A stretch of DNA of 64,000 nucleotides. It comes from Candidatus Omnitrophota bacterium (GTDB lineage: Bacteria; Ratteibacteria; UBA8468; B48-G9; JAFGKM01). Position 1 is the stretch's first letter. Every line of letters starts with the position of its first letter. The position numbers and the translations under genes are program-made. Shown here in pieces: positions 8,117-16,205 of this stretch. The notes beneath the pieces are model-generated. The model was not told the origin of the DNA, did not search any database, and was given only the letters and a program-made list of their open reading frames with translations. The DNA lies in the NCBI GenBank assembly GCA_016928555.1, contig JAFGKM010000003.1:1112-65111 (forward strand), written 5' to 3'.

Positions 8117-9376
8117 ATGGAAAAACTGGCAATTGAAGGGGGAAAACCGGTCAATGCTGAAAAGTTTCCGATGTGGCCGTCTTTTTCGGAAAAATCCATA
8201 AAGATGGTTTCCGAGCCGTTGAAGACGGGCAGGGTTAATTACTGGACTGGAGAAGAAGGCGTAAGGTTTGAGAAGGAATGGGCGAAATGGAACGGGGCAA
8301 AGTATGCCGTTACCACGACAAACGGCACAAGCGCCCTGCATACGGCCGTTGCGGCGCTCGGAATCGGACCCGGGGATGAAATTATATGCCCGTCATATTC
8401 CTTTATCGCCTCATCTTTCTGCGTATTGCAGGCAGGCGCCCTTCCCGTCTTTGCCGACGTTGACGAGTCGCATACCTTAAGCCCGAAAGAGATAGAGCCG
8501 CTTATTAACGAAAGGACGAAGGCGGTAATTGCCGTTCATCTTTACGGGGTTGTGGCGGACATGGAGCCGATTCTCGCGGTCGCCAAAAAACACAACCTTG
8601 CCGTTATAGAGGACTGCGCCCAGTGCTTCGGCGGGATTTACAAAGGCAATAAAGTAGGGACTGTCGGCGATGTAGGATGTTTCAGTTTCTGCCAGAGCAA
8701 GCATTTTACAACCGGCGGAGAAGGCGGGGCGATTATAACCGACAATGAGGATTTGTGGTGGGAGTGCAAGTCGTTCAGGGACCACGGTTATGACGTGAAA
8801 GAGCGCCTTCGCCTTCTTGAACTGGAAGAAAAACTTACATATATTCACAAGAGAGTCGGGTTTAATTACCGAATGACAGAGATGCAGTCTTTGATAGGCT
8901 TGTGCGAGCTTGAAAGGTTTGACAGTTGGAATCTTGCAAACAGAAAGAGAAATGCGAAGTATCTTATCGATGCATTGAAGGGGCATCCGCTGGTGCTTCA
9001 CACGCCGGTTGATACGCAGGAGAGGCAGAATGCGTTCTGGTGGGTGCCGTTTGTGATTGATGCGGATAAACTTAAGGTTACCGTGAAGCAGTTTGTCGCG
9101 GCGGTGGGAGCGGAAGGCGTGCCTGTTTACGGCGTCCAGTGGCCGGAGATGTACAGGGAAGCAGCTTATACCGGAAAACATGGCTTCGGGAAACTGCAGT
9201 ATCCGTTTAACGACCCGAGCGCAAGGAAGATTGATTACACCAAATTTGACTGCAAAAAGGCGCAGTGGCTTTCTAAGAGGACGATGAATTTCTTCCCGCA
9301 TCCGGTCTATGAGATAAAGCATATGGAAAAATGCGTTGAGGCGTTCAAAAAGGTTGCGGACGCATATATGAAATAA
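8117..9376 (+). CDS. DegT/DnrJ/EryC1/StrS-family PLP-dependent sugar aminotransferase
   Basis: 419 aa; conserved 'SFCQSKHFTTGGEGGAI' region containing the PLP-binding lysine; 'NGTSALH' motif. Confidence 0.85.
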   Translation: MEKLAIEGGKPVNAEKFPMWPSFSEKSIKMVSEPLKTGRVNYWTGEEGVRFEKEWAKWNGAKYAVTTTNGTSALHTAVAALGIGPGDEIICPSYSFIASSFCVLQAGALPVFADVDESHTLSPKEIEPLINERTKAVIAVHLYGVVADMEPILAVAKKHNLAVIEDCAQCFGGIYKGNKVGTVGDVGCFSFCQSKHFTTGGEGGAIITDNEDLWWECKSFRDHGYDVKERLRLLELEEKLTYIHKRVGFNYRMTEMQSLIGLCELERFDSWNLANRKRNAKYLIDALKGHPLVLHTPVDTQERQNAFWWVPFVIDADKLKVTVKQFVAAVGAEGVPVYGVQWPEMYREAAYTGKHGFGKLQYPFNDPSARKIDYTKFDCKKAQWLSKRTMNFFPHPVYEIKHMEKCVEAFKKVADAYMK

Positions 9377-9398
9377 ACTTTCGGGAGAGACAATATGG

Positions 9399-9455
9399 TA
9401 AATCCCCCTGTTTCCCCCTTTGTCAAAGGGGGAATTCAAAGGGGATTTGGGAGGG
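9399..9455. repeat. 57-nt structured intercistronic repeat, copy 1 (identical to 58118-58174)
   Basis: TAAATCCCCCTGTTTCCCCCTTTGTCAAAGGGGGAATTCAAAGGGGATTTGGGAGGG; inner hairpin CCCCCTTTG/CAAAGGGGG (9414-9432), outer 7-bp stem AATCCCC/GGGGATT; ends in SD-like GGGAGGG 6 nt before ATG 9462. Confidence 0.7.
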
Positions 9456-9461
9456 GAAAGG

Positions 9462-10514
9462 ATGGCTGCGGTGAAAAAGGTAAATATGGGAGTCATGGGA
9501 GCAGGGGGGATAGCGTACAGGAGAACCATCCCCGGGATGCTGAAGGCAAAAAACATAAATCTTGCCGCGGTAATGGATGTCGTGCGGATTGAAGAGATAG
9601 CAAAAGAGTTTAATGTGCCTAAGGCTTATGTCTCTGAAAAAGAGATTGTCCGGGACCCTGATATTGATGCGGTTTATATCGCGAGTCCAGTATACCTGCA
9701 CCTGAAGCATATAAAACTGGCTGCCGAGAACGGCAAGCATATCCTGTGCGAAAAACCGATAACGGCAGCCATCAGGGAGGCAAAAGAGGCCGCCAATATA
9801 TGCAGAAAAAACAAGGTATTTTTTCAGGAAGGGTACATGATGAAATTTCACGGAGCCCACGAGAAAATAAGGGAAATTATAAGCGAAGGCGGAATCGGAA
9901 AGGTCGTTTACATAAGGGCGCAGTTATCCTGCTGGTATCCTCCGATGAAGGGGGCGTGGAGGCAGGACCCGAAAAAAGGAGGAGGCGGCTCCCTGATTGA
10001 TATGGCAACGCACCTTTACGACCTGCTTGAATTCTTCACGGGCGAGAAAATAGGGTGGATATCGGCCATATCTAATAACCAGGTACAGGGCTATAAGTCA
10101 GAGGATTCCTCAACAACGATGCTGGAGTTCAAGTCGGGAACCCATGCTACGGTGGACTGTTTTTTCTGTATCCCCGACGAGTCAACCAGAACCCGGCTTG
10201 AGATATACGGTTCGCAGGGCAGTATCTTCACCGAGGGGACGATAGGGCAGAGTACCGGCGGAACGATGGAAGGGATATTCGGACTCGGAGCCGGCGGGTA
10301 TGAGGCAAAACAGAGCAAGGACGTTACCCGCAGATTCAGAAGCATAAAATTCAAAAAAATCAATCCTTATACGGCGGAGTGCGAGTACTTTGCAAACTGC
10401 ATACTGAAAAATGAAAAGCCCGGGATAAACAGCATGGAGAACGCGCTCCACATAATGGACGTTACGGAAAAAGCGTACAGTTCCTGGAAACTCAAAAAAA
10501 TCCTCAGGGTATAG
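9462..10514 (+). CDS. Gfo/Idh/MocA-family NAD(P)-dependent oxidoreductase
   Basis: Start moved to ATG 9462 (MAAVKKVNMGVMGAGGIAY, Rossmann GxGxxG); the track ORF start 9420 reads through the repeat element. 'ILCEKP' motif typical of the family. Confidence 0.8.
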   Translation: MAAVKKVNMGVMGAGGIAYRRTIPGMLKAKNINLAAVMDVVRIEEIAKEFNVPKAYVSEKEIVRDPDIDAVYIASPVYLHLKHIKLAAENGKHILCEKPITAAIREAKEAANICRKNKVFFQEGYMMKFHGAHEKIREIISEGGIGKVVYIRAQLSCWYPPMKGAWRQDPKKGGGGSLIDMATHLYDLLEFFTGEKIGWISAISNNQVQGYKSEDSSTTMLEFKSGTHATVDCFFCIPDESTRTRLEIYGSQGSIFTEGTIGQSTGGTMEGIFGLGAGGYEAKQSKDVTRRFRSIKFKKINPYTAECEYFANCILKNEKPGINSMENALHIMDVTEKAYSSWKLKKILRV

Positions 10515-10517
10515 TAA

Positions 10518-10973
10518 TTATTGTTTTTTCTTCGGCGCGAGGAGTTCCAAATCGGCTTTATCCTGTTTTCTGCCCGAAACCTTTTTGCTTTTTATCAGAT
10601 GTGCAAGGTCTATAAAATTAACTTTTATCTTTCCGTATTGTCCCTTTTTGCGATTTTTCCAGATTTCAGCGAAATCTAAATGGGATATTGAAGTGATTAT
10701 GTCTATTCTCACAGGTTCATATCCCAGCTGAATAATTTGCTCTTCGCAGATAAAATCCTTTTCGGAGAGATTTAGCGATTTGAACCCGAATTCATTCAGC
10801 GCTTTAAGAATTTTCCTGGCATTTCCCGGTGTCGGCTCAATCAGGATGTCAATGTCTTTGGTATACCGGGGCATGGCGTAAAAAGCAACCGCATATGCGC
10901 CGATGATGCAGTATTTAACCTTGTTTTTGTTTAATAATTCTAACAACTCTGCGTAGTCTTTTTCCGTTTTCAT
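10518..10973 (-). CDS. Pol-beta-superfamily nucleotidyltransferase-fold protein (possible toxin-antitoxin component)
   Basis: 151 aa; 'IIGAYAVAFYAMPRYTKDIDILIE' fits G[SA]-x(9-13)-DxD minimal nucleotidyltransferase motif; no SD; inserted between two unrelated operons. Confidence 0.45.
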   Translation of the reverse strand: MKTEKDYAELLELLNKNKVKYCIIGAYAVAFYAMPRYTKDIDILIEPTPGNARKILKALNEFGFKSLNLSEKDFICEEQIIQLGYEPVRIDIITSISHLDFAEIWKNRKKGQYGKIKVNFIDLAHLIKSKKVSGRKQDKADLELLAPKKKQ

Positions 10974-11118
10974 AATTAGTTTTGTTTATCTTAAACCACA
11001 TTTCTCTTAACATCTGAACGGTCTCTAACCTTTGTTCGGCGCTCATCTTCAAATAATAATTTTTATCAAACCGTGCGGCTTCTGCAAAATTTCCCGCTTT
11101 ATTTACCCAAATCTTCAT
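10915..11118 (-). CDS. Small hypothetical protein (67 aa) overlapping the nucleotidyltransferase start by 59 nt
   Basis: Has GGAG SD 9 nt upstream of ATG 11118; basic C-terminus; no recognisable family; could be spurious. Confidence 0.25.
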   Translation of the reverse strand: MKIWVNKAGNFAEAARFDKNYYLKMSAEQRLETVQMLREMWFKINKTNYENGKRLRRVVRIIKQKQG

Positions 11119-11213
11119 ATTTTCCGCTCCGTTAATGTGGTGAGTTCCTTAGGTAATTATACTATATCTCCACCTATTTTACCAATATCTCATAATGGTT
11201 TTTATCTTATCCC

Positions 11214-11242
11214 TTGACACTTTTTATTTCTGATAGTATAAT
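11214..11242 (+). promoter_or_regulatory. Consensus sigma70 promoter (TTGACA-17nt-TATAAT) for the iclR/queG-like operon
   Basis: Perfect -35 (11214-11219), 17-nt spacer, perfect -10 (11237-11242); SD ATAAGGAGG at 11271-11279 before ATG 11281. Confidence 0.6.
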
Positions 11243-11280
11243 AATACAAAATTTAATTCAATATTATAAAATAAGGAGGC

Positions 11281-12036
11281 ATGATGATACAGGTGCTTGA
11301 AAGGGCGTTCAAGATACTGGATTTTATCGCGGAGAATCCCGAAGAACCTAAAGGCCTTGGTGCTCTTGCTAAATACGGCGGGCTTAATCAGGGAACCTGC
11401 GCCAATATTGTAAAGAGTTTGTGCCAGCACAATTTTCTGGAACAGGTCGGCAGGAAAAAAGGGTATATTCTCGGGCCGGCCGTCTATTATCTCGCCCGCA
11501 ACGGGCCCTACCGCAGGGATATCGTTGCGGCGGCGGAACCTTTGCTGTCGCGCCTTGCTTCGGAGGTGCAGGAAACGGTTCTTGTTGCAACCCTCCATCA
11601 GGGAAAAAGGTCTATTCTCCTGCAGGTAAACGGCAACAGGGTGATGAATATAAGCAATGACTTTCTTCTGCAGGAAAGCACCTATGATACTGCTACGGGA
11701 CGGCTGCTTCTTGCTTTCCTGTCTGCTTCAGAACTGGAGAATTTTTTGGCCCGGAAGGGACTGCCCGGCAGGGAAGCATGGCCGGAAGCGGCAAGTAGAA
11801 AAAAACTTGACGCCTGTTTATGCGAAATAAGAAAAAAAGGCGTTGTCATGCACAGTTCGCGGCCTGATATTATGGGTATAAGCTATCCCTTGAAAAGCGA
11901 AGGCGAGGTGATTGCGGCGCTGGGGTTGTTTCTCCCGTCTTTCAGGTTTAAAGGGAAACATAAAGAGCTGGTGCTTAAAAAAATGGGAAAAACCGCAGAT
12001 GAGATAAGTAAAACTATAATAGGGAGGATGCAATGA
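11281..12036 (+). CDS. IclR-family transcriptional regulator
   Basis: N-terminal 'VLERAFKILDFIAE' HTH typical of IclR; C-terminal effector domain length; ATGA 4-nt overlap with next gene. Confidence 0.8.
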   Translation: MMIQVLERAFKILDFIAENPEEPKGLGALAKYGGLNQGTCANIVKSLCQHNFLEQVGRKKGYILGPAVYYLARNGPYRRDIVAAAEPLLSRLASEVQETVLVATLHQGKRSILLQVNGNRVMNISNDFLLQESTYDTATGRLLLAFLSASELENFLARKGLPGREAWPEAASRKKLDACLCEIRKKGVVMHSSRPDIMGISYPLKSEGEVIAALGLFLPSFRFKGKHKELVLKKMGKTADEISKTIIGRMQ

Positions 12037-14264
12037 ATATAACGGAAGAAGTTTTGAAAAAAGCGAAAGAGTTGGGTTGTGATTTAGCAGGCATTGCGCC
12101 GGTGGAAAGGTTTAAGAACGCGCCTTTGCGGATGAGCCCCAAGGGTCTTCTGCCTTCTGCAAAGTCTGTTATTGTCGCGGGCATTCATCATCTGGATGCC
12201 TCGGTTGAGATGGGCGGTGAACCTACACCGCACGACAAGGGCCCTTATGCGAGTCAGAGTTCGGTAATTAATCCCAAACTGGATGACATTTCTTTTTTGC
12301 TGGCACGGTTTCTTGAGGGCAAAGGATATACTGCTCTTCCCATAACGGCAAGCAATATCTGGCGTTACCATCATTACAAAGACTTGAAAGTGGATTTTGC
12401 CCCGGACCTTGCCCACCGTTACTCAGCGGTGGCCGCGGGACTGGGCGAAATCGGCTGGTCTGGACTTTTCCTCTCTCCCCAATTCGGGCCCAGGCAGAGG
12501 GTGATATCCATTATTACCGAGGCGGAATTGAAACCTACGCCTATGTATGACGGTCCTCCTCTCTGCGACAAATGTTTTGAGTGCGTAAAAACCTGTCCGA
12601 CGGATGCTTTCCGCAAAGAGGTAAAAAAAATAAACGAAATAGAGATAGGAGGGAAAATTTTCAAGTTTCCCGAAATAAACAAGTGGCGGTGCGCATGGGC
12701 GGAGAATTTCGGGCTGAATCTTTCCCACAAGATACCGGAAAAGGTGGATGAAAAAGTTATTCTGGAGTACCTTGAAAGATACGGCATGTTTGCCGGGGAA
12801 GAAGGTTCCTGCCTGAAATTCTGCATGGTGCCGGAGAAAAGGTATTACGATACCGGTTACTGCAGGGCTCCGAGGAGGAAGAAACAGCATCTGGTTTCTC
12901 CTGAGAAAGCAAGCGCGGAGATAAGGGCGATGTGCGAGAATGCGGGAGCGGATGCGTATTGCATACTGCCGGCAGATTCGTTCAGCGGAGATATAGAGAT
13001 GCATCCGGCACTTCATATGCCGGATGCCGCTTCCGTAATTTCAATCGGGATGGATGTCCCTCTTTATAATGCCGCCAACCGGGAGGTTTGCGAAACCATC
13101 AGCCGCAGGCTCTATTATCTTGCCTTTGACATAGCGCACTATTTTGATGTCAACGGGTACTCTGGGATAACGCAGACGAAGATTTCAAACGACCGGGTGG
13201 CGCAGAAGGCCGGACTTTACAGGGAAAACAGGCTTTTTATGACGGTGTTGGTGAGTGCGAAAATGAAACAATCAGCTTGCTACAGCAATGTGGCAAAAGG
13301 GAAGAAGACAAAAATTGACGGGAAAAGCATAAAAGATTTTTGCCTTAAGTCCGGAGCTGACATTGCCGGAATATTCAACACGGCAAGGTTTGAAGAATTT
13401 AGCAGGGAATTTGAAAAAAAGATGCATGTTTCGGAAGAAATAAAGGCGGTAAAGGACAAGGGATGCATTTACGGGCAGTATGTTCCTGAAATATACAGCG
13501 AAAGGTTTTTTCTCAAGACTCCCGCAAGCTGGCTCAAAAATGCAAGGTCAGTGATTGTTCTCGGACTGCATTTTCCTGACAGCGCTCTGGATACGGCAAA
13601 GGTAACGCCTGCCGAAACAGTCGGCCCTTACGCCTTTGTACAGTATGAATCCCTGCGTTTGCTCAAGGATGCAGCGTTGAAGGTTGTCAGGCATCTTAAA
13701 TCTCATGGATACCGTGCGGTATTCACTGCGGACATGACGGGGCTTGCTTCGATAACACACAATCCCCGTGAGGTTACTCCGGACATGAGGGCGAATCTTT
13801 ATCCGGCGATGCTTGCCGGGCTTGCTTACCCGGGACTGCACGGATGTCCGATTACCGAAAAATTCGGCGTCCGGCAGAGGTTTCTTGCGATTGTCACCGA
13901 CTGCCCACTGGAAAATGACCCTCTCTATGCCGGGGAATATGCCTGTTCCGAATGTGGAAAACCATGCATTTCTCACTGCCCGACCAAGGCTCTTAAAGAG
14001 GAGTTTTCTGAGATAACAGTTGAAGGGAAGAAATTCCGCCTTCCTTCGATTGACAATTATGCCTGCGAATGGGCGAAAAGGTATGTTCTGAGCGGTAAAG
14101 AGGGTCCCGAGTACTACGGTTTGAAATCAGATACCCCCGTACCGGAGAAAAAAAATGCGGAAGCGATTGTAAAAGCGGTTAACAAAATTGACTGGGGCGT
14201 GCAGAAACGCTTGATGAGCATATGCGAAGAGTGCATAAAGGTGTGCCCCGAAAAGGGGGAGTGA
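12033..14264 (+). CDS. Tandem-duplicated QueG/reductive-dehalogenase-like Fe-S protein (two DUF1730-like modules fused)
   Basis: Two repeats of 'A..GLGE.GW...FL.P.FGPRQR' (compare QueG 'GIGFSAKNCMITPEYGS'); module 1 retains CxxCxxCxxxCP (CDKCFECVKTCP); module 2 has CSECGKPCISHCP. Confidence 0.55.
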   Translation: MNITEEVLKKAKELGCDLAGIAPVERFKNAPLRMSPKGLLPSAKSVIVAGIHHLDASVEMGGEPTPHDKGPYASQSSVINPKLDDISFLLARFLEGKGYTALPITASNIWRYHHYKDLKVDFAPDLAHRYSAVAAGLGEIGWSGLFLSPQFGPRQRVISIITEAELKPTPMYDGPPLCDKCFECVKTCPTDAFRKEVKKINEIEIGGKIFKFPEINKWRCAWAENFGLNLSHKIPEKVDEKVILEYLERYGMFAGEEGSCLKFCMVPEKRYYDTGYCRAPRRKKQHLVSPEKASAEIRAMCENAGADAYCILPADSFSGDIEMHPALHMPDAASVISIGMDVPLYNAANREVCETISRRLYYLAFDIAHYFDVNGYSGITQTKISNDRVAQKAGLYRENRLFMTVLVSAKMKQSACYSNVAKGKKTKIDGKSIKDFCLKSGADIAGIFNTARFEEFSREFEKKMHVSEEIKAVKDKGCIYGQYVPEIYSERFFLKTPASWLKNARSVIVLGLHFPDSALDTAKVTPAETVGPYAFVQYESLRLLKDAALKVVRHLKSHGYRAVFTADMTGLASITHNPREVTPDMRANLYPAMLAGLAYPGLHGCPITEKFGVRQRFLAIVTDCPLENDPLYAGEYACSECGKPCISHCPTKALKEEFSEITVEGKKFRLPSIDNYACEWAKRYVLSGKEGPEYYGLKSDTPVPEKKNAEAIVKAVNKIDWGVQKRLMSICEECIKVCPEKGE

Positions 14265-14266
14265 TA

Positions 14267-15094
14267 ATGGAAAGTTATAAACTGAAGGAATATGCGAAAA
14301 AGGCAGGGGCGGATATCGTCGGGATTGCGAACATAAAAAGGTTTGATGAATTGCCTTCCGAAAAACATCCGTGTTCAATTTTTCCCGAAGCAAAATCCGT
14401 AATTGTACTTGGAAGGCGTATTACAAGAGGTGCTTTGAGAGGCGTTGAGGAGGGAACAAACTTCCAGAATTACGCGCTTTACGGCTATGACTGGCTTGAC
14501 AACCGGTTTTTGGCCCTCACCACATTCACCGTTTCCGAGTTTCTTGAGGATAACGGCTGGGAGGCAGTGCCTCTGCAGAACCTGCCGCCGGAGGTCCCGC
14601 CCATGGGCGTCTCTGTCAGGGAAGGAAGTCCGGCACCAAATATTATGCTGGATTTTGATGATGCGGCGGTCAGGGCCGGCGCCGGAGAGATAGGATACTG
14701 CGGCGTTTTTCTGACTCCGGAGTTCGGTCCGCGCCAGCGTTTCCAGATAATTCTGACGGATGCGGAGATTGAGCCGGACCCTCTGTCGGCTGAACCTGTA
14801 TGCCTCTTTGATAAAGGCTGCAGGGGATTCTGTCCGCTCGGAGCGTTTGAAGGAGAGAAGGAAATTATTATCGCAGGAAAAAAGATGACGGGGGCGGGGA
14901 TAGATTACAGGGGTAAATGCCTCACCTGTAAAAACGGTGCTATGCCAAACCGTTATCACCCCGCAGGAAGGCCTGACCGTCTCGCCGCTGTCTGTATAAG
15001 AAGCTGCGCGGATGCTCTCGAAAAAAGCGGGCGCATCAAAAACAGGTTTGAACTTCCGTTCCGCATGAGAGACGCATGGACAGTAAAAGATTAA
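14267..15094 (+). CDS. QueG/reductive-dehalogenase-like Fe-S domain protein (paralog)
   Basis: Start set to ATG 14267 (MESYKLKEYAKKAGADIVGIAN) with GGGGGAG SD; 'PEAKSVIVLGRRI', 'GAGEIGYCGVFLTPEFGPRQRF'; degenerate Cys motif Cx5Cx3CP. Confidence 0.55.
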   Translation: MESYKLKEYAKKAGADIVGIANIKRFDELPSEKHPCSIFPEAKSVIVLGRRITRGALRGVEEGTNFQNYALYGYDWLDNRFLALTTFTVSEFLEDNGWEAVPLQNLPPEVPPMGVSVREGSPAPNIMLDFDDAAVRAGAGEIGYCGVFLTPEFGPRQRFQIILTDAEIEPDPLSAEPVCLFDKGCRGFCPLGAFEGEKEIIIAGKKMTGAGIDYRGKCLTCKNGAMPNRYHPAGRPDRLAAVCIRSCADALEKSGRIKNRFELPFRMRDAWTVKD

Positions 15095-15144
15095 ACTGAT
15101 TTATACGGTTTGTAAAAACTATATCTGACAGGAAGGAGAAATGA

Positions 15145-16200
15145 ATGGATAAAAAACCGACGAAAAAAAAGATAAAAGAATTTGCGCTGTCCCGCGGTCT
15201 TGATCTTTTTGGCATCGCCAATATAGAAAGGTTTAAAGGCGCTCCGAAGAGGATGCATCCCGCAAGCATATTTCCCGAAGCAAAGTCGGTAATAGTCGTA
15301 GGCAGGCGTATTGTCCGCGGCGGCTGGCGCGGTATTGAAGAAGGGACTTACTGGCCTAATTATACATACTTTGATTACCACGGTCTTCTCAATTCCTATT
15401 TTTTGCAGCTGCCGCTCTATGAAACCTCCTGTTTTATAGAAAATTTCGGGTATGAAGCGGTTCCTGTTTATTCGGGGGTCCCTGAAGCAGAGCCGGCTGG
15501 AGAGGTCTTGCGACCGGGGGGTGTTGCCCCCGATGTCTGGCTGGCTATCCGTATAGCTGCGGTGGCAGCGGGCATAGGCGAAATCGGGTGGTCTAAAGTC
15601 TTTTTAACAAGGAAATTCGGACCAAGACAGAGACTTGCTGCGATATTAACCGACCTTGAACTTGAGCCGGATCCGCTCGTTGAGCCGAACAGCATATGCA
15701 AGCTTGATATGGCCTGTGTCAGGGGATGTCCGGGCGCCATACCTCACATAAAAAAGAAGAAGTTTGTGGAAATAAAAATAGAGGATAAGACGTACAGGTG
15801 GGCTGACGTGGACATGGGTAAATGCACCCTTATTTACCATGGAGGAGACCCGCGTATGTCACCGTTTATACCAAGGGCGTTACCGGGATACAGTTTTGAC
15901 GTAATGCAGCAAAATGTTTCGGAAGAGACTGCATACAAGTTTTGCTGGCCCATGTCGAGCAATATATGGAGAAAAACGGAAGAAGACCCTTCAGGATATA
16001 TAATAGAAGGGCACGCCTACATAAAGAAATGGGGGCAGGCTGGAAGTTACGGGATTGGAGGTTCGCGCGGATGCATGCGCAGTTGTTTTGACTATCTTGA
16101 AAAACACAACATGATTGAACAGACCTTTCATAACGGGCCTTTTATCAGGCGTTCCAGGTGGATGCTTGATTGTTCAGGGAACCCCGTGGAAAGGCGATAA
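15145..16200 (+). CDS. QueG/reductive-dehalogenase-like Fe-S domain protein (paralog)
   Basis: GGAAGGAG SD 6 nt upstream; 'PEAKSVIVVGRRI', 'GIGEIGWSKVFLTRKFGPRQRL'; Cys motif Cx5Cx3CP. Confidence 0.55.
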   Translation: MDKKPTKKKIKEFALSRGLDLFGIANIERFKGAPKRMHPASIFPEAKSVIVVGRRIVRGGWRGIEEGTYWPNYTYFDYHGLLNSYFLQLPLYETSCFIENFGYEAVPVYSGVPEAEPAGEVLRPGGVAPDVWLAIRIAAVAAGIGEIGWSKVFLTRKFGPRQRLAAILTDLELEPDPLVEPNSICKLDMACVRGCPGAIPHIKKKKFVEIKIEDKTYRWADVDMGKCTLIYHGGDPRMSPFIPRALPGYSFDVMQQNVSEETAYKFCWPMSSNIWRKTEEDPSGYIIEGHAYIKKWGQAGSYGIGGSRGCMRSCFDYLEKHNMIEQTFHNGPFIRRSRWMLDCSGNPVERR

Positions 16201-16205
16201 TCCGG

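Noticed and set aside
9420-9461. N-terminal extension 'MSKGEFKGDLGGER' of the Gfo/Idh/MocA ORF (and the identical extension at 58139-58183 on the pseudopilin ORF)
   Set aside because: Both arise from reading through the identical 57-nt repeat. The real starts (ATG 9462, ATG 58184) follow an SD-like GGGAGGG. The shared peptide is an annotation artefact.
8477-9556. 359-aa ORF on minus strand
   Set aside because: Lies entirely antisense to the strongly supported DegT aminotransferase gene. Low-complexity, Pro/Arg-rich translation with no family resemblance.
12084-13976. Several 110-197-aa minus-strand ORFs
   Set aside because: Antisense shadows inside the large QueG-like gene.
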